Positions 15,021 to 24,722 of a stretch of DNA of 27,733 nt are shown here, piece after piece. Origin of the DNA: a virus; UHGV virus genome UHGV-0042152. One strand, 5' to 3'. Below the pieces are notes generated by a model. It was not told the origin of the DNA and did not search any database. It worked only from the letters and a program-made list of their open reading frames with translations. Position 1 is the stretch's first letter; each line of letters starts with the position of its first letter. The position numbers were made by a program, and so were the translations under genes.

Positions 15021-16771
15021 CAGAACTCCATAACCGTGAAACGCTCGTTTTCTCCTTCGCCGCCAATTGGTTCGTTAATGACAGCAAGCATGGTTGCCCA
15101 CGCAAGGTCGCCGTGGCTGATCCCCCTCGCGCGGTCCGTTTCGTAAGTGATAAAGCCGCCCGGTGTTTTCACCTTACGCACGGCGTTAAAGGCTGCGACC
15201 AGCTCGCGTTCGGCGCGATCGTATTCCCACCGCCCGGCACGCATTATTTGCAGCATTTTCAGTACCAGCGACCGTTTTGATGACAGCGTGAAGGTGTACG
15301 GAATAGCAGCAGGGAAAAACCGTTTCACTATCTGATAAACAGCCTCCCCGTTCCCGCCTGTCACATCAATGCCGATGTGTTCCACGTTGTAGCGACACGT
15401 GAACTCTTCAATGACTCTGGCCTGTTCTTCAAACTCCAGCCCCTGAACGCGTCGCGTCTCCACCGTTCGAAAACGGCCTCCAGGAACAGCCGGAGGAACC
15501 ACCACGGACACAGCGCCGCTGTCGCCGTTTCCACTGCTGCCGTTTGCGTCATACCCAATCCATACCGGACGATTCCCCATCGGGCGGGGAGCAAAAGGTT
15601 TCCAGTCTTTCCAGTCGTCGTATCCGTCAACACCACAGCCAATCAGGATATTCAGGTTAAATGCCGATTCCCCTTCGCGGACAAACTCACACATATAGAG
15701 ATTGAGGAACTCGTCTTCGGTGTTTTCATCACGAATTTCATCAATATCGGTGTGTTTCCAGCCGTGATTAACCACATCTTCCAGCGTGACAATTTGCCGC
15801 CACGTCCGGTCAGGGCAGATAAGCCCGTTATGCAGCGTTTTCCAGTCCACAGAAAAACGCTGGCGTTTATGCGAGGCCTTTTTCTCGTTCCAGCGGTCGC
15901 CGTTCCAGTAGGCGTATGCCTCGTGCGTTTCGGTGGATGGCGTGGAGAAGTAGGTGCGCCGCAGTCCGCTGAGGGTTGCCATAGCGCCAGCCACCTTGCG
16001 CAGTTCAGCAAAGCGACTGACCCAGAAAAATTCATCAAAATAAAAATTGCCCGTGTAGGACTGTGCCGTCGCAGCAGAAGTACCAAGAAAATGCAGCTCT
16101 GCGCCGTTGGAGAGGATGATTTTATCGCCCCCTTTCAGCTCCACATCAACTTCAGATGCAGCCTCCTGAATAATGCTTTTAAACTGGAACGCCTGACGAC
16201 GCGACGCAGACAAAAAAATCTGGTTACGCTGGTAAGGTTGCGCCACATCGTCACGCAGCGCCATCAGCAGTGCTTCCTGAGCAAAATACCAGGTCGCCCC
16301 AATCTGTCGGGATTTCAGGATCATCCTGTTACGTATCCCGGCTTCCCTGCAAAGGGTCAGGGAGTCAAACCAGCCCCGCTGATGCCACTCCAGCCTGCTG
16401 ATGATTTTTTCCCGCAGTGCGGCAATCTGTTCCGGCGTGAAATGATTTTTGAGTTTTTTCGCCCGGCCTTTCTTTCCTGTGGCCGTCGCATCCGGCTGGC
16501 CATCATGCAGTTTTTTAAGCTGCCGGGTCAGCAGGTCTATTTCCTTAAAGTCACCGCCTGTTTTATTCTGTTTTTCAGTAAGCTGGATGAGGCGCGCATC
16601 GATGGACTGCGTGACACGCTGCACGGGTGGCGTTTCATCCCACTGGTCGCGTTTTTTCCACGCATAAATCGTGTTCGGGTTTATTCCCATCAGACGTGAT
16701 ATTTCTGCGGGCGGATAACCCTGCCAGTAAAGTTGCCGCGCACGCTGGCGCACAAAAGCGTCCTGAATCAT
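15020..16771 (-). CDS. P: Terminase large (ATPase) subunit gpP
   Basis: 583 aa (P2 P is about 590 aa). N-terminal HTH-like region then ATPase and nuclease regions. GGGGGAG RBS. Divergent from O, as in P2. Confidence 0.9.
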   Translation of the reverse strand: MIQDAFVRQRARQLYWQGYPPAEISRLMGINPNTIYAWKKRDQWDETPPVQRVTQSIDARLIQLTEKQNKTGGDFKEIDLLTRQLKKLHDGQPDATATGKKGRAKKLKNHFTPEQIAALREKIISRLEWHQRGWFDSLTLCREAGIRNRMILKSRQIGATWYFAQEALLMALRDDVAQPYQRNQIFLSASRRQAFQFKSIIQEAASEVDVELKGGDKIILSNGAELHFLGTSAATAQSYTGNFYFDEFFWVSRFAELRKVAGAMATLSGLRRTYFSTPSTETHEAYAYWNGDRWNEKKASHKRQRFSVDWKTLHNGLICPDRTWRQIVTLEDVVNHGWKHTDIDEIRDENTEDEFLNLYMCEFVREGESAFNLNILIGCGVDGYDDWKDWKPFAPRPMGNRPVWIGYDANGSSGNGDSGAVSVVVPPAVPGGRFRTVETRRVQGLEFEEQARVIEEFTCRYNVEHIGIDVTGGNGEAVYQIVKRFFPAAIPYTFTLSSKRSLVLKMLQIMRAGRWEYDRAERELVAAFNAVRKVKTPGGFITYETDRARGISHGDLAWATMLAVINEPIGGEGENERFTVMEF

Positions 16772-16925
16772 TGCTCCCCCTGAGTAATTACAGGAAGATT
16801 ACCCGCGCGCGAAACCGTTCTCCTTAACCCCCTGCTCTGACTGTTTTCTTACAACAAAAGCCCTTTGTATCTGCCTGTTACGCTTTGCCATCATGACTGA
16901 AGAACCAGTCAGAGGGGCAAAAACT
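16772..16925. promoter_or_regulatory. Divergent late promoter region (P-Q leftward, O-N-M-L rightward)
   Basis: Intergenic region between divergent P and O, where P2 has its Ogr-dependent PP and PO promoters. A canonical TGT-N12-ACA element could not be confirmed by eye. Confidence 0.4.
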
Positions 16926-17762
16926 ATGGCTAATGAAAAAAAGACATCCCGCAAAAAGTTTCGCGTGGCTGTCTCCGGTGTAACGGCAGACGGGCGCGAA
17001 ATCAACGGCGACATGCTGAAAGCTGCCGCCACCAGTTATAACCCGTCCGTTTATGGTGCACGTGTGAATATTGAGCACATCCTGTCACCACTCCCCGGTA
17101 GCGAGTTTTCCGCTATGGGCGATGTTGTGGGGTTGAGCACCGAAGACATAACCGATGGTCCGCTGGCAGGCCGCACGGCACTGTATGCCGAAATTGAGCC
17201 GACCACTCGCATGATGTCCCTGCTTAACGATGGTAAAAAAATTTACTCCAGTATTGAGCTGGAACCACAGTCAACCATCACGGGAGGCCCTTACCTGCGC
17301 GGGCTGGCAATGACCGACACCCCCGCCAGCCTGGGCACGGAACGTCTGGCCTTTGCGGCACAACAACGTATGCAACTGATGACATTCAACTGTCAGCAGG
17401 GAGAGGTGGCGATGTTCACCGCCGCTATGGAGTCGGAACTCATCGAACTCACCGAACATCGTCAGGAAGAAGGCACCCAGTGGTTTAACCGCGTTATGGG
17501 GATTATTGGCCGTGGCCGCAAAGCGGATGACGCCAGTTTCTCCCGTATTCAGGAAGCGGTGGAAGGTGTCGCAACGTCACAGGCCGACATTATCGACCGT
17601 TTTAATGCACTGGAAACCCGCCATCAGCAGGACAGCCAGAAAATCACGTCACTGACCACAGAGCTGACAACACTGAAGGAAAAGCTGTGCACGCAGGACG
17701 GCGATCCGCAGAACCGGTTCACCGCAACGGGCGCAGCCTCCGACCAGCTGGCTGACTTCTGA
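16926..17762 (+). CDS. O: Capsid scaffolding protein gpO
   Basis: Matches P2 gpO as recalled (FR-AV-G-T-DGR-I...YGAR-N-EH...GLA-TD-PASLGTE). Start placed at the ATG at 16926 with a GAGGGG RBS rather than the upstream ATG at 16893. Confidence 0.85.
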   Translation: MANEKKTSRKKFRVAVSGVTADGREINGDMLKAAATSYNPSVYGARVNIEHILSPLPGSEFSAMGDVVGLSTEDITDGPLAGRTALYAEIEPTTRMMSLLNDGKKIYSSIELEPQSTITGGPYLRGLAMTDTPASLGTERLAFAAQQRMQLMTFNCQQGEVAMFTAAMESELIELTEHRQEEGTQWFNRVMGIIGRGRKADDASFSRIQEAVEGVATSQADIIDRFNALETRHQQDSQKITSLTTELTTLKEKLCTQDGDPQNRFTATGAASDQLADF

Positions 17763-17785
17763 TAAGACAAAGGAGCAAATTTTTT

Positions 17786-18838
17786 ATGAATCTGGTGATG
17801 TCAGATAATGCCCGTAACAAGCTGGGCCGCTACATGACGCGACAGGCATCGATTAACAATATCCCGGTTTCTGGACTGGTATCGCGATTTACCGTGGAAC
17901 CCTCGGTGCAGCAGCGTTTTGAAAACGCCTCAAAGGAAAGTACCGAATTTACGAAAAGAATTAACGTGATCGGCGTGACCGACCAGAAAGGCGAAAAAAT
18001 CCTCCTGGACACCACCGGGCCAATTGCGCGCACGAATAGCAGTTATGACGGCATCAAACGCCGTAACCCGAATAACGTGATCGATATGAAGTCTCGTCAG
18101 TACCAGTGCGAACAGGTGAACTACGATACCTTTATTTCGTACCCACAGCTTGATACCTGGGCGGCCCACAGCGATTTTCAGTCCCGTATCAGTACACAGA
18201 TCGCCCGGCAGGTAGCGCTTGATCGCATCATGATTGGCTTTAACGGCACATCCCACGCCTACGAGTCTGATTTTCACACCAACAAGCTGCTTCAGGACGT
18301 TAACGTGGGCTGGCTGGAGCACATCAGAACCGATGCCAGCGAGCGCGTAATGAATGACGTGACGCTGACCTCCCGCAACATGGACAACACTGTGGCGCAC
18401 GTGGGTAAGTATGCGAATGCCGATGCTCTGGTACAGGATGCGCGCTCATCCCTGCTGGATGAATGGCACAAGGAAGCTGACGACCTCGCGGTGATTATGG
18501 GGCGCAACCTGTTTAACTCGCTGCGTCTGCCCGTGCTGAACAGCATCAGCGGCCAGAATCCCAATGCGGAATTACTTGCCGGGCAGCTCATCCTGTCATC
18601 GCGCACCATTGGCGGGCTGGGCGTGTTCCTTGCGCCGTTCTTCCCGGATGCAACGATGCTTATCACCTCGTTCAACAACCTGTCGATTTACTGGCAGAAA
18701 GGTTCAATGCGTCGCCTGATGAAAGACGAGCCGGAATACAACCGCATCGCCACCTACCAGTCCATCAATGACGCTTATGTCGTTGAAGACTATGGCAAGT
18801 GCGCGATGATCACTGGCCTGAAGTTCGCCGACAGCTAA
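17786..18838 (+). CDS. N: Major capsid protein gpN
   Basis: 350 aa (P2 N is 357 aa). Follows O with an AAAGGAG RBS, in the P2 O-N-M-L position. Confidence 0.85.
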   Translation: MNLVMSDNARNKLGRYMTRQASINNIPVSGLVSRFTVEPSVQQRFENASKESTEFTKRINVIGVTDQKGEKILLDTTGPIARTNSSYDGIKRRNPNNVIDMKSRQYQCEQVNYDTFISYPQLDTWAAHSDFQSRISTQIARQVALDRIMIGFNGTSHAYESDFHTNKLLQDVNVGWLEHIRTDASERVMNDVTLTSRNMDNTVAHVGKYANADALVQDARSSLLDEWHKEADDLAVIMGRNLFNSLRLPVLNSISGQNPNAELLAGQLILSSRTIGGLGVFLAPFFPDATMLITSFNNLSIYWQKGSMRRLMKDEPEYNRIATYQSINDAYVVEDYGKCAMITGLKFADS

Positions 18839-18847
18839 TCAACTCAC

Positions 18848-18866
18848 GGCGGGCATCATGCCCGCC
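18848..18866 (+). other. Stem-loop (GGCGGGCA-TCA-TGCCCGCC) between N and M
   Basis: Perfect 8-bp GC-rich inverted repeat immediately after the capsid gene stop. No U-run follows. Confidence 0.4.
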
Positions 18867-18883
18867 TGTAACGGAGAGAAAAA

Positions 18884-19684
18884 ATGATTACTCCTGCACA
18901 ACAACACTGGCAGAACGTGATGGCACAGCGCGCAGGCCGGGCGAATGAAGGTGTGGACCACGCCGCGCGTACCGCGCATGAAGAGGTGCTGTATCGTCTG
19001 CGTCTGGCACAGGCCCGGCTTAAGGGCGTACAGGCCAGAAGCGCGAAAGCCGCCATCAAAAAAGAGTTGTTGCCGGACTTTTCCGGCTGGATTGAGGGAA
19101 CGCTGGAGGCTGACGGCGGGCAGCAGGACGAAGTGATTGCCACGCTGATGGTGTGGGCGATTGACTGCGGCGATCTTCCGCTGGCGCTGCGTATTGGTGC
19201 ATATGTGGTCCGTCACAACCTCATCATGCCGGATAACTTTGGACGTACTGCCGCCACGGTACTGACCGAAGAAATCTGCAACCCGGTACTGACGCAGGCC
19301 GGGACGGATGCCGACGCGGATTTATCCGCCTTTATCGAACCACTGGACACACTTTGGGAAATTGTCGCCAACCAGGATATGCCGGACGAAGTGCGCGCCA
19401 AATTATGCAAGGCGTGCGCCTTTGCCCGCCGTGGCCTGAGCGATGCGGACAGCATGGCCTCATCACTGAAGCTGCTGCGCGAAGCGATGCATCTGAACCC
19501 GAACGCAGGTGTGAAACGCGAGATTGCAACCCTTTCCCGCGCCCTGAAAAAAGCTGATTCCGGAGCCGCACCAGAAGATGCCAGCACACCGCAGGCGCAG
19601 GACGAAAGCAGCAAAAGTAAAAAGACAACGCGGAAGCCTGCAACACGAAAAACCACCGCGACGCAGAAGGCAAAGCGCGGTTAA
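18884..19684 (+). CDS. M: Terminase small (endonuclease) subunit gpM
   Basis: Position after N, with GGAGAG RBS. Size (266 aa, P2 M is 247 aa) and basic C-terminal tail fit gpM. Confidence 0.8.
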   Translation: MITPAQQHWQNVMAQRAGRANEGVDHAARTAHEEVLYRLRLAQARLKGVQARSAKAAIKKELLPDFSGWIEGTLEADGGQQDEVIATLMVWAIDCGDLPLALRIGAYVVRHNLIMPDNFGRTAATVLTEEICNPVLTQAGTDADADLSAFIEPLDTLWEIVANQDMPDEVRAKLCKACAFARRGLSDADSMASSLKLLREAMHLNPNAGVKREIATLSRALKKADSGAAPEDASTPQAQDESSKSKKTTRKPATRKTTATQKAKRG

Positions 19685-19785
19685 CGACTGACCCCGTCAG
19701 CGGGCGGCGTGCGCGGTGTTCCGGTTTGACTCCGTGACCGTTTACACCGCACACCCACCGCCCGATTTTTTCAGGAGTGAACCCC

Positions 19786-20280
19786 ATGAGTATGGTTGCC
19801 AGAACCAACCCCGGCCCCGCAGAGGACGACATCACCGATACCGATGATGGTGATACCCGTATTTCAGCGGGTGCATTCTGGCCGGATATTGTGCTGCGTG
19901 AGCTGCGTCTGGCGGTACGACTGCCGGGCCGCGTGACCACCTCCCGCCTGCTGCATACCGCCACCGGGGCCATAGCACACGTTACCCGCGAGCTGGAAGC
20001 ATGGCAGCAGGAACAACAGGCGGCTGGCTATCAGACGCTGGCCGATGTTCCGGCCCCTGTAATTAACGGAGAAAGCGTCAATCTCTGGCACTGGCGCAAT
20101 GCTGTTTATACCGCCACACGCGCCCTGATTCTGGAGCGTTACCGCGATGCGGACACAACGGACAAGGGCGACCGCCGGGCGGACGCACTGGATATACAGA
20201 CATCGGATTTGTGGCGCGATGTGAGCTGGGCCATCTCTGACATTCTGGGACGACCGCGAATGTTTGCGGAGCTGTGCTGA
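19786..20280 (+). CDS. L: Head completion/stabilisation protein gpL
   Basis: Position after M. About 164 aa (P2 L is 169 aa). ATG at 19786 with an AGGAG RBS 8 nt upstream. Confidence 0.75.
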   Translation: MSMVARTNPGPAEDDITDTDDGDTRISAGAFWPDIVLRELRLAVRLPGRVTTSRLLHTATGAIAHVTRELEAWQQEQQAAGYQTLADVPAPVINGESVNLWHWRNAVYTATRALILERYRDADTTDKGDRRADALDIQTSDLWRDVSWAISDILGRPRMFAELC

Positions 20281-20480
20281 TGAAAGTGAAGGCACTGGAA
20301 GGCGACACCGTGGATTCGCTCTGTTTCCGGTACTACGGCACGACACAGGGCGTCACCGAAAAGGTGCTGGATGCCAACCCCGGACTCTGTCAGCAGGTAT
20401 TTCTGGACGCCGGGCAGGAAGTGGAGATGCCGGAGCCGGAGAAGAAGAAACGAGAAATGATTCAGTTGTGGGGGGAGTAG
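20280..20480 (+). CDS. X: Tail protein gpX (LysM-like)
   Basis: MKVKALEGDTVDSLCFRYYGTTQGVTEKVLDANPGL matches P2 gpX as recalled (M-K-ALQGDTLD-IC-RYYGRT-G-VE-VL-ANPGL). 66 aa. Confidence 0.8.
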   Translation: MKVKALEGDTVDSLCFRYYGTTQGVTEKVLDANPGLCQQVFLDAGQEVEMPEPEKKKREMIQLWGE

Positions 20481-20482
20481 CA

Positions 20483-20806
20483 GTGAGCACCATTCAAACA
20501 GGGATCACAGAGCAGGTTATTGCGTGGCTCTTTGACCACCTGCCAACGGTGTATGCAGTAGGCGCGGCGGTCAGCATTTCCGCGCTGATGAGTCTTTATG
20601 ACGGACGAACACTGGTTCAGACCGTAACGGGATCGCTGGCGTGCGGCGTTCTTGCCATGGCCGTGGCCGGGTCGCTGCGCTTCTTCGGGATCCCTGAGGA
20701 TGCAGTGACGTTTTTTGGTGCCTCAATCGGTTTTATGGGCGCAGAGAAAGCACGCGACAAGGTTATTGCAATATTTGATCGCAGGGTGAAGGAGAGGAAC
20801 GAATGA
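20483..20806 (+). CDS. Holin (putative, GTG start)
   Basis: Position of P2 Y. Hydrophobic segments (VIAWLFDHL, VYAVGAAVSISALM, LACGVLAMAVAG) with a charged C-terminus. GGGGGA RBS before the GTG at 20483. Confidence 0.55.
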   Translation: MSTIQTGITEQVIAWLFDHLPTVYAVGAAVSISALMSLYDGRTLVQTVTGSLACGVLAMAVAGSLRFFGIPEDAVTFFGASIGFMGAEKARDKVIAIFDRRVKERNE

Positions 20807-21195
20807 GCAACACATTTAAATTCAGCAGCCGGAGCGAAAAGAATTTGCAGGGTGTAAATCCTGATCTGGTGAAAGTGACCCGACGGGCGCTGGAAATCTC
20901 GGAAGTGGATTTTGGTATCACCGAAGGATTGCGCAGTCGTTATCGTCAGAAGCAGCTCGTGACCACAGGCAAGAGCCAGACCATGAACAGTCGCCATCTC
21001 ACAGGGCATGCCGTGGATGTTGTGGCTTATGTCGGCAACCAGGTGTCATGGGAATGGCCGCTGTACGAAAAAATCGCAGCAGCATTCAGACAGGCCAGCC
21101 AGGAACTGAATATTCCGGTGGAATGGGGCGGCGACTGGAAGACCCTGAAAGACGGACCGCATTTTCAGTTACCACACGGAGCCTATCCGGCATGA
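20803..21195 (+). CDS. Endolysin, peptidase M15 (VanY/L-alanyl-D-glutamate peptidase-like)
   Basis: SRHLTGHAVDV and downstream D/H residues fit the zinc-binding pattern of M15 peptidases. Follows the holin with an AAGGAGAGG RBS. This is not the P2 K lysozyme type. Confidence 0.7.
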   Translation: MSNTFKFSSRSEKNLQGVNPDLVKVTRRALEISEVDFGITEGLRSRYRQKQLVTTGKSQTMNSRHLTGHAVDVVAYVGNQVSWEWPLYEKIAAAFRQASQELNIPVEWGGDWKTLKDGPHFQLPHGAYPA

Positions 21196-21587
21196 AGCTC
21201 TGGCCCACGCTTGGCGTCGCTTTCCTTCTGATTACATCCATGCGTCTGTCGTGGTCGCTGGGCCGGGAGAACGCCAGAAACGAAGCGCAGGCCAGCACCC
21301 TGAAAAGTACCGTCGACACACTGAATATCATCAGCGCCGGGGTACAGGATATGCAGCAGGTGCTGGCTCAGCTCCGCGCGGAAAATCAGCAACGCAATCA
21401 GGACGGAGAGGTAAGACGTGAACAGCTACGCAACGATATTGCAAAAGATGAATGCGCCCACGCTTTGCCTGACGCTCGTTTTACTGACAGGTTGCGCAGG
21501 CACGCAGAACGCGCCAGGGCCAGCGCCGTCAGTCCGGCTTATACCGCAGACGCTGACCATGCCGGTAACGCCTCCCCCCTTCCCTGA
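21192..21587 (+). CDS. Inner-membrane spanin (Rz/LysB-like)
   Basis: N-terminal TM helix (LWPTLGVAFLLITSM) then coiled-coil periplasmic region. ATGA overlap with the endolysin stop. Confidence 0.6.
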   Translation: MKLWPTLGVAFLLITSMRLSWSLGRENARNEAQASTLKSTVDTLNIISAGVQDMQQVLAQLRAENQQRNQDGEVRREQLRNDIAKDECAHALPDARFTDRLRRHAERARASAVSPAYTADADHAGNASPLP

Positions 21588-21729
21588 CCCACCCACATGG
21601 GGAAACCTCGGAATATGGGGCGACCGCCTTCTGGATGCACTGGAAACCTGTAACGCGGATAAACGGGCCATTGCTGAACTGGATAAGAGAATAGCCGAAC
21701 TGACACACCAGACGGGAGTAACACAATGA
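21448..21729 (+). CDS. Outer-membrane spanin lipoprotein (Rz1/LysC-like), overlapping i-spanin in another frame
   Basis: Lipoprotein signal with lipobox LLTGC (MNAPTLCLTLVLLTGCAG). Pro-rich. Starts inside the i-spanin gene and extends beyond it. Confidence 0.6.
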   Translation: MNAPTLCLTLVLLTGCAGTQNAPGPAPSVRLIPQTLTMPVTPPPFPDPPTWGNLGIWGDRLLDALETCNADKRAIAELDKRIAELTHQTGVTQ

Positions 21730-23603
21730 CCAGTAAGAACTTTGCACTGATTACAGCCATGACACAGGCTGAACTGACTCAAAAGGTGAATGAACATCTT
21801 GCGAAAGGGTGGCATCTTCAGGGGGAGACGCGGGTTGCCTACGAACCCGGCACCCCGTGGTATCTAATGCAGGCAATGGTGGCCGATGGCACTACAGACA
21901 TCTCACCTGATTCCCCCCAGCACGGCAGCGTGCCGGAGTGGTATTACGTGGTGGTACTTGCTGGTCAATCCAATGCCATGTCATATGGTGATGGAATGCC
22001 GCTGCCGGATTCTTACGATGCGCCCCACCCACGCATTAAGCAACTGGCCCGTCGCAACACAGTGACTCCCGGTGGTAAAGCATGCGCATTTAACGACATC
22101 ATTCCGGCAGACCACTGCCTGCATGATGTTCAGGATATGAGCGCACTGAATCATCCGAAGGCAGACCTGAGCAAAGGGCAGTACGGCTGTGTCGGCCAGG
22201 GCTTACATATTGCCAAAAAACTGCTTCCGTATATCCCGAATAACGCGGGGATCCTGCTGGTACCATGCTGTCGTGGTGGTTCGGCATTCACCCAGGGCGC
22301 GGAGGGGACATTCAGTGCGGACACGGGGGCCAGCCAGGATTCGGCACGCTGGGGTGTGGGTAAACCGTTATATCAGGACCTGATCGCACGCACCAAAGCG
22401 GCATTACAGAAGAACCCGAAAAATGTGTTGCTGGCGGTGTGCTGGATGCAGGGCGAATTTGACATGAGCGCTGCCACCTACGCACAGCAACCGGACCTGT
22501 TCACGGCCATGCTGAAGCAGTTCCGTACTGACCTTTCCGGATTTAACGCGCAGTGCCATGGCGGCAGTGCTGCAGTTGTACCGTGGATTTGTGGCGACAC
22601 GACGTATTACTGGAAAAACACATACGGCACACAGTATGACTCCGTCTACGGCGCGTACAAAAACAGGGAGAGCGACAACGTTTTCTTTGTGCCGTTCATG
22701 ACCGACGGTAACGGCAACAACACGCCCACCAACTTACCGGCAGAAGACCCGGATATTGCTGATGCAGGTTATTACGGCGCGCAATCCCGTAGTAATGGCA
22801 ATTGGGTATCATCAAACCGCCCGACACATTTCAGTTCATGGGCGCGCAGGAGCATTATTCCGGATCGTATGGCAACCGCTATTCTGAACGCAGCCGGGCG
22901 CACCTCAGCCTTCATCAGTGGTAAGGCACCGGAAATCAAACCCTCGCCCGGCGGCGACACGCCATCGGGGCCGTCTGAAGATGCATCCGTACGCACAATC
23001 TCCCTGCTGCCGACAGCCGGAGAGGCTGCTGCGCAGGGCTGGACCATCACCGGCGGCAGTGTTGCGCTGGAAGATGGTGTGTTTAAGGTTACCAAGCAGA
23101 GCAATAAAACCTGGTCCCTGATGCATCCGGTGGATGACGCAGTCTCCCTGCTGACACGGGGTGGCAGACTGAGCTGTAAGTTTCGACTGTCAGGCGCACT
23201 GACCAACAACCAGTTCGGTCTGGGAATTTATCTGTATACCGATGTAGCGTTACCTGACGTCGTGGCGATGACCGGGACTGGTAACCCGTTCCTGATGTCG
23301 TTCTTCACCCAGACCACAGGCGGCAAACTGAATCTGATGCATCACAAGAAAGCCGGAAACACAAAGTTGGGCGAGTTCGGGAATTACAGTAACGACTGGC
23401 AGACGCTGGAGCTGGTGTTCACCGCCGGCAGTGCCACGGTTACTCCGAAACTGAATGGAGTGGCTGGCCCGGCATTCCAGGTCATAAAAGACAGTCTGAC
23501 ACTGGGGCTGAATGCGCTGACGTTAACTGATATCACTAAAAATGCCGCGTACGGCGTCGATATCGGCAGCCTGGTGCTGGAAATCAATAATCCCGCAGCA
23601 TAA
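21726..23603 (+). CDS. SASA-type (sialate O-acetylesterase-like, SGNH) carbohydrate esterase with N-terminal DUF1737-like domain, NanS-p-like
   Basis: 625 aa. GQSN catalytic-serine motif (VVVLAGQSNAMSYGDG) characteristic of SASA esterases. N-terminal about 50 aa resemble the DUF1737 found on prophage NanS-p esterases. C-terminal about 200 aa may be a carbohydrate-binding module. Inserted between the spanins and gpR. Confidence 0.7.
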   Translation: MTSKNFALITAMTQAELTQKVNEHLAKGWHLQGETRVAYEPGTPWYLMQAMVADGTTDISPDSPQHGSVPEWYYVVVLAGQSNAMSYGDGMPLPDSYDAPHPRIKQLARRNTVTPGGKACAFNDIIPADHCLHDVQDMSALNHPKADLSKGQYGCVGQGLHIAKKLLPYIPNNAGILLVPCCRGGSAFTQGAEGTFSADTGASQDSARWGVGKPLYQDLIARTKAALQKNPKNVLLAVCWMQGEFDMSAATYAQQPDLFTAMLKQFRTDLSGFNAQCHGGSAAVVPWICGDTTYYWKNTYGTQYDSVYGAYKNRESDNVFFVPFMTDGNGNNTPTNLPAEDPDIADAGYYGAQSRSNGNWVSSNRPTHFSSWARRSIIPDRMATAILNAAGRTSAFISGKAPEIKPSPGGDTPSGPSEDASVRTISLLPTAGEAAAQGWTITGGSVALEDGVFKVTKQSNKTWSLMHPVDDAVSLLTRGGRLSCKFRLSGALTNNQFGLGIYLYTDVALPDVVAMTGTGNPFLMSFFTQTTGGKLNLMHHKKAGNTKLGEFGNYSNDWQTLELVFTAGSATVTPKLNGVAGPAFQVIKDSLTLGLNALTLTDITKNAAYGVDIGSLVLEINNPAA

Positions 23604-23626
23604 GGAAGAGCAGGAGAGCAAAACAG

Positions 23627-24094
23627 ATGCTTAAGACAAACAGTCTGCGAGAGTCCATGCTTCATGGGTGTCGGTGGTGCCAGGCTAATCCCGAGAAATT
23701 CACCATTTTCGTGGAGAGCGGCAACATTGAAACGACCGGGGAAGCGCCCTCGTTTGTTTACCGCTATCAGATGGTGATGTTTGTCATGGATTACGCCGGA
23801 GAGCTGGACGACCTCACGCTGCCGCTGCTGGCGTGGTTATCCGAAAATCAGCCACAGTTGTTGCTCAACCCTGAGCGTAATCAGGACATCAAATTCTCCG
23901 CCGTTATCAATGACGATGACAGCGCCGATCTCCTGTTTACGCTCCCCCTGCGGGAACGCGTTCGCGTCACGCGCAGCAGTCAGGGCACACCGCAGGCAGA
24001 ACACCTGCCGGAGCCAAAACCCCGCCTGCCATCTTCCGAAGGCGACTGGTCGCATATATTCCAGGATGTGACGTGGGGTGAAAGCGATGGATAA
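23627..24094 (+). CDS. R: Tail completion protein gpR
   Basis: 155 aa, same length as P2 R. Motifs MLK-DSLR...NP...IFV-NG...L-PVLAWL-ENQP shared with P2 R as recalled. CAGGAGAG RBS. Confidence 0.8.
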   Translation: MLKTNSLRESMLHGCRWCQANPEKFTIFVESGNIETTGEAPSFVYRYQMVMFVMDYAGELDDLTLPLLAWLSENQPQLLLNPERNQDIKFSAVINDDDSADLLFTLPLRERVRVTRSSQGTPQAEHLPEPKPRLPSSEGDWSHIFQDVTWGESDG

Positions 24095-24722
24095 GGCATT
24101 CACCCGCGTGGATGAAACCTTTGAGGCCATCCGCGACAGCCTGAATCAGCAGGCCATCAATAACATCGCCAGAAAGCTGGCACAGGATTTACGTCGCGCC
24201 CAGCAGGCACGTATCCGGTCACAGAAAGCGCCGGACGGGACCGCATGGACACCACGCAGACGCCGCGTAACCCGGATACAGGAGCGCATTCGCTTTATCT
24301 GGAATAACGAAGCACGCACGCTGAAAAACTGGCATCACGACACGGGGAAATACGGGCGAACCATTACCGGGTGGGATGAGGATAAAAACAGCATCCGCAC
24401 GTTTTACCGGGATGACATCGACCGTTTTCTGGAAATACGCACCCGGCGCATCAACCAGGACAGCACAAAGCGCGTCCCCATGTTCGTAAAACTGCGCACC
24501 GCCCGCTACCTGAAAGCCCGTGCAGATGCCTCCGGTGTGACGGTGGGTTACAGCGGCGTGGCCGCACGTATTGCACGCGTTCATCAGTTCGGTGAGCGCG
24601 ATCAGGTTGCGCCGGGCATTTTCACCGATTACCCGGTACGTGAGCTGCTGGGTATCAGCCAGGCAGATGAGCGCCTGATTTATAACACGGTGCTGGGCCG
24701 GATTGCGGAGGCTGTACGGTGA
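24087..24722 (+). CDS. S: Tail completion/virion morphogenesis protein gpS (putative)
   Basis: Position between R and V. ATG at 24087 overlaps the R stop. Longer than P2 S. Confidence 0.65.
   Translation: MDKAFTRVDETFEAIRDSLNQQAINNIARKLAQDLRRAQQARIRSQKAPDGTAWTPRRRRVTRIQERIRFIWNNEARTLKNWHHDTGKYGRTITGWDEDKNSIRTFYRDDIDRFLEIRTRRINQDSTKRVPMFVKLRTARYLKARADASGVTVGYSGVAARIARVHQFGERDQVAPGIFTDYPVRELLGISQADERLIYNTVLGRIAEAVR

Noticed and set aside
15377-16699. 440-aa plus-strand ORF
   Set aside because: Entirely antisense to terminase gene P, which has strong homology support.
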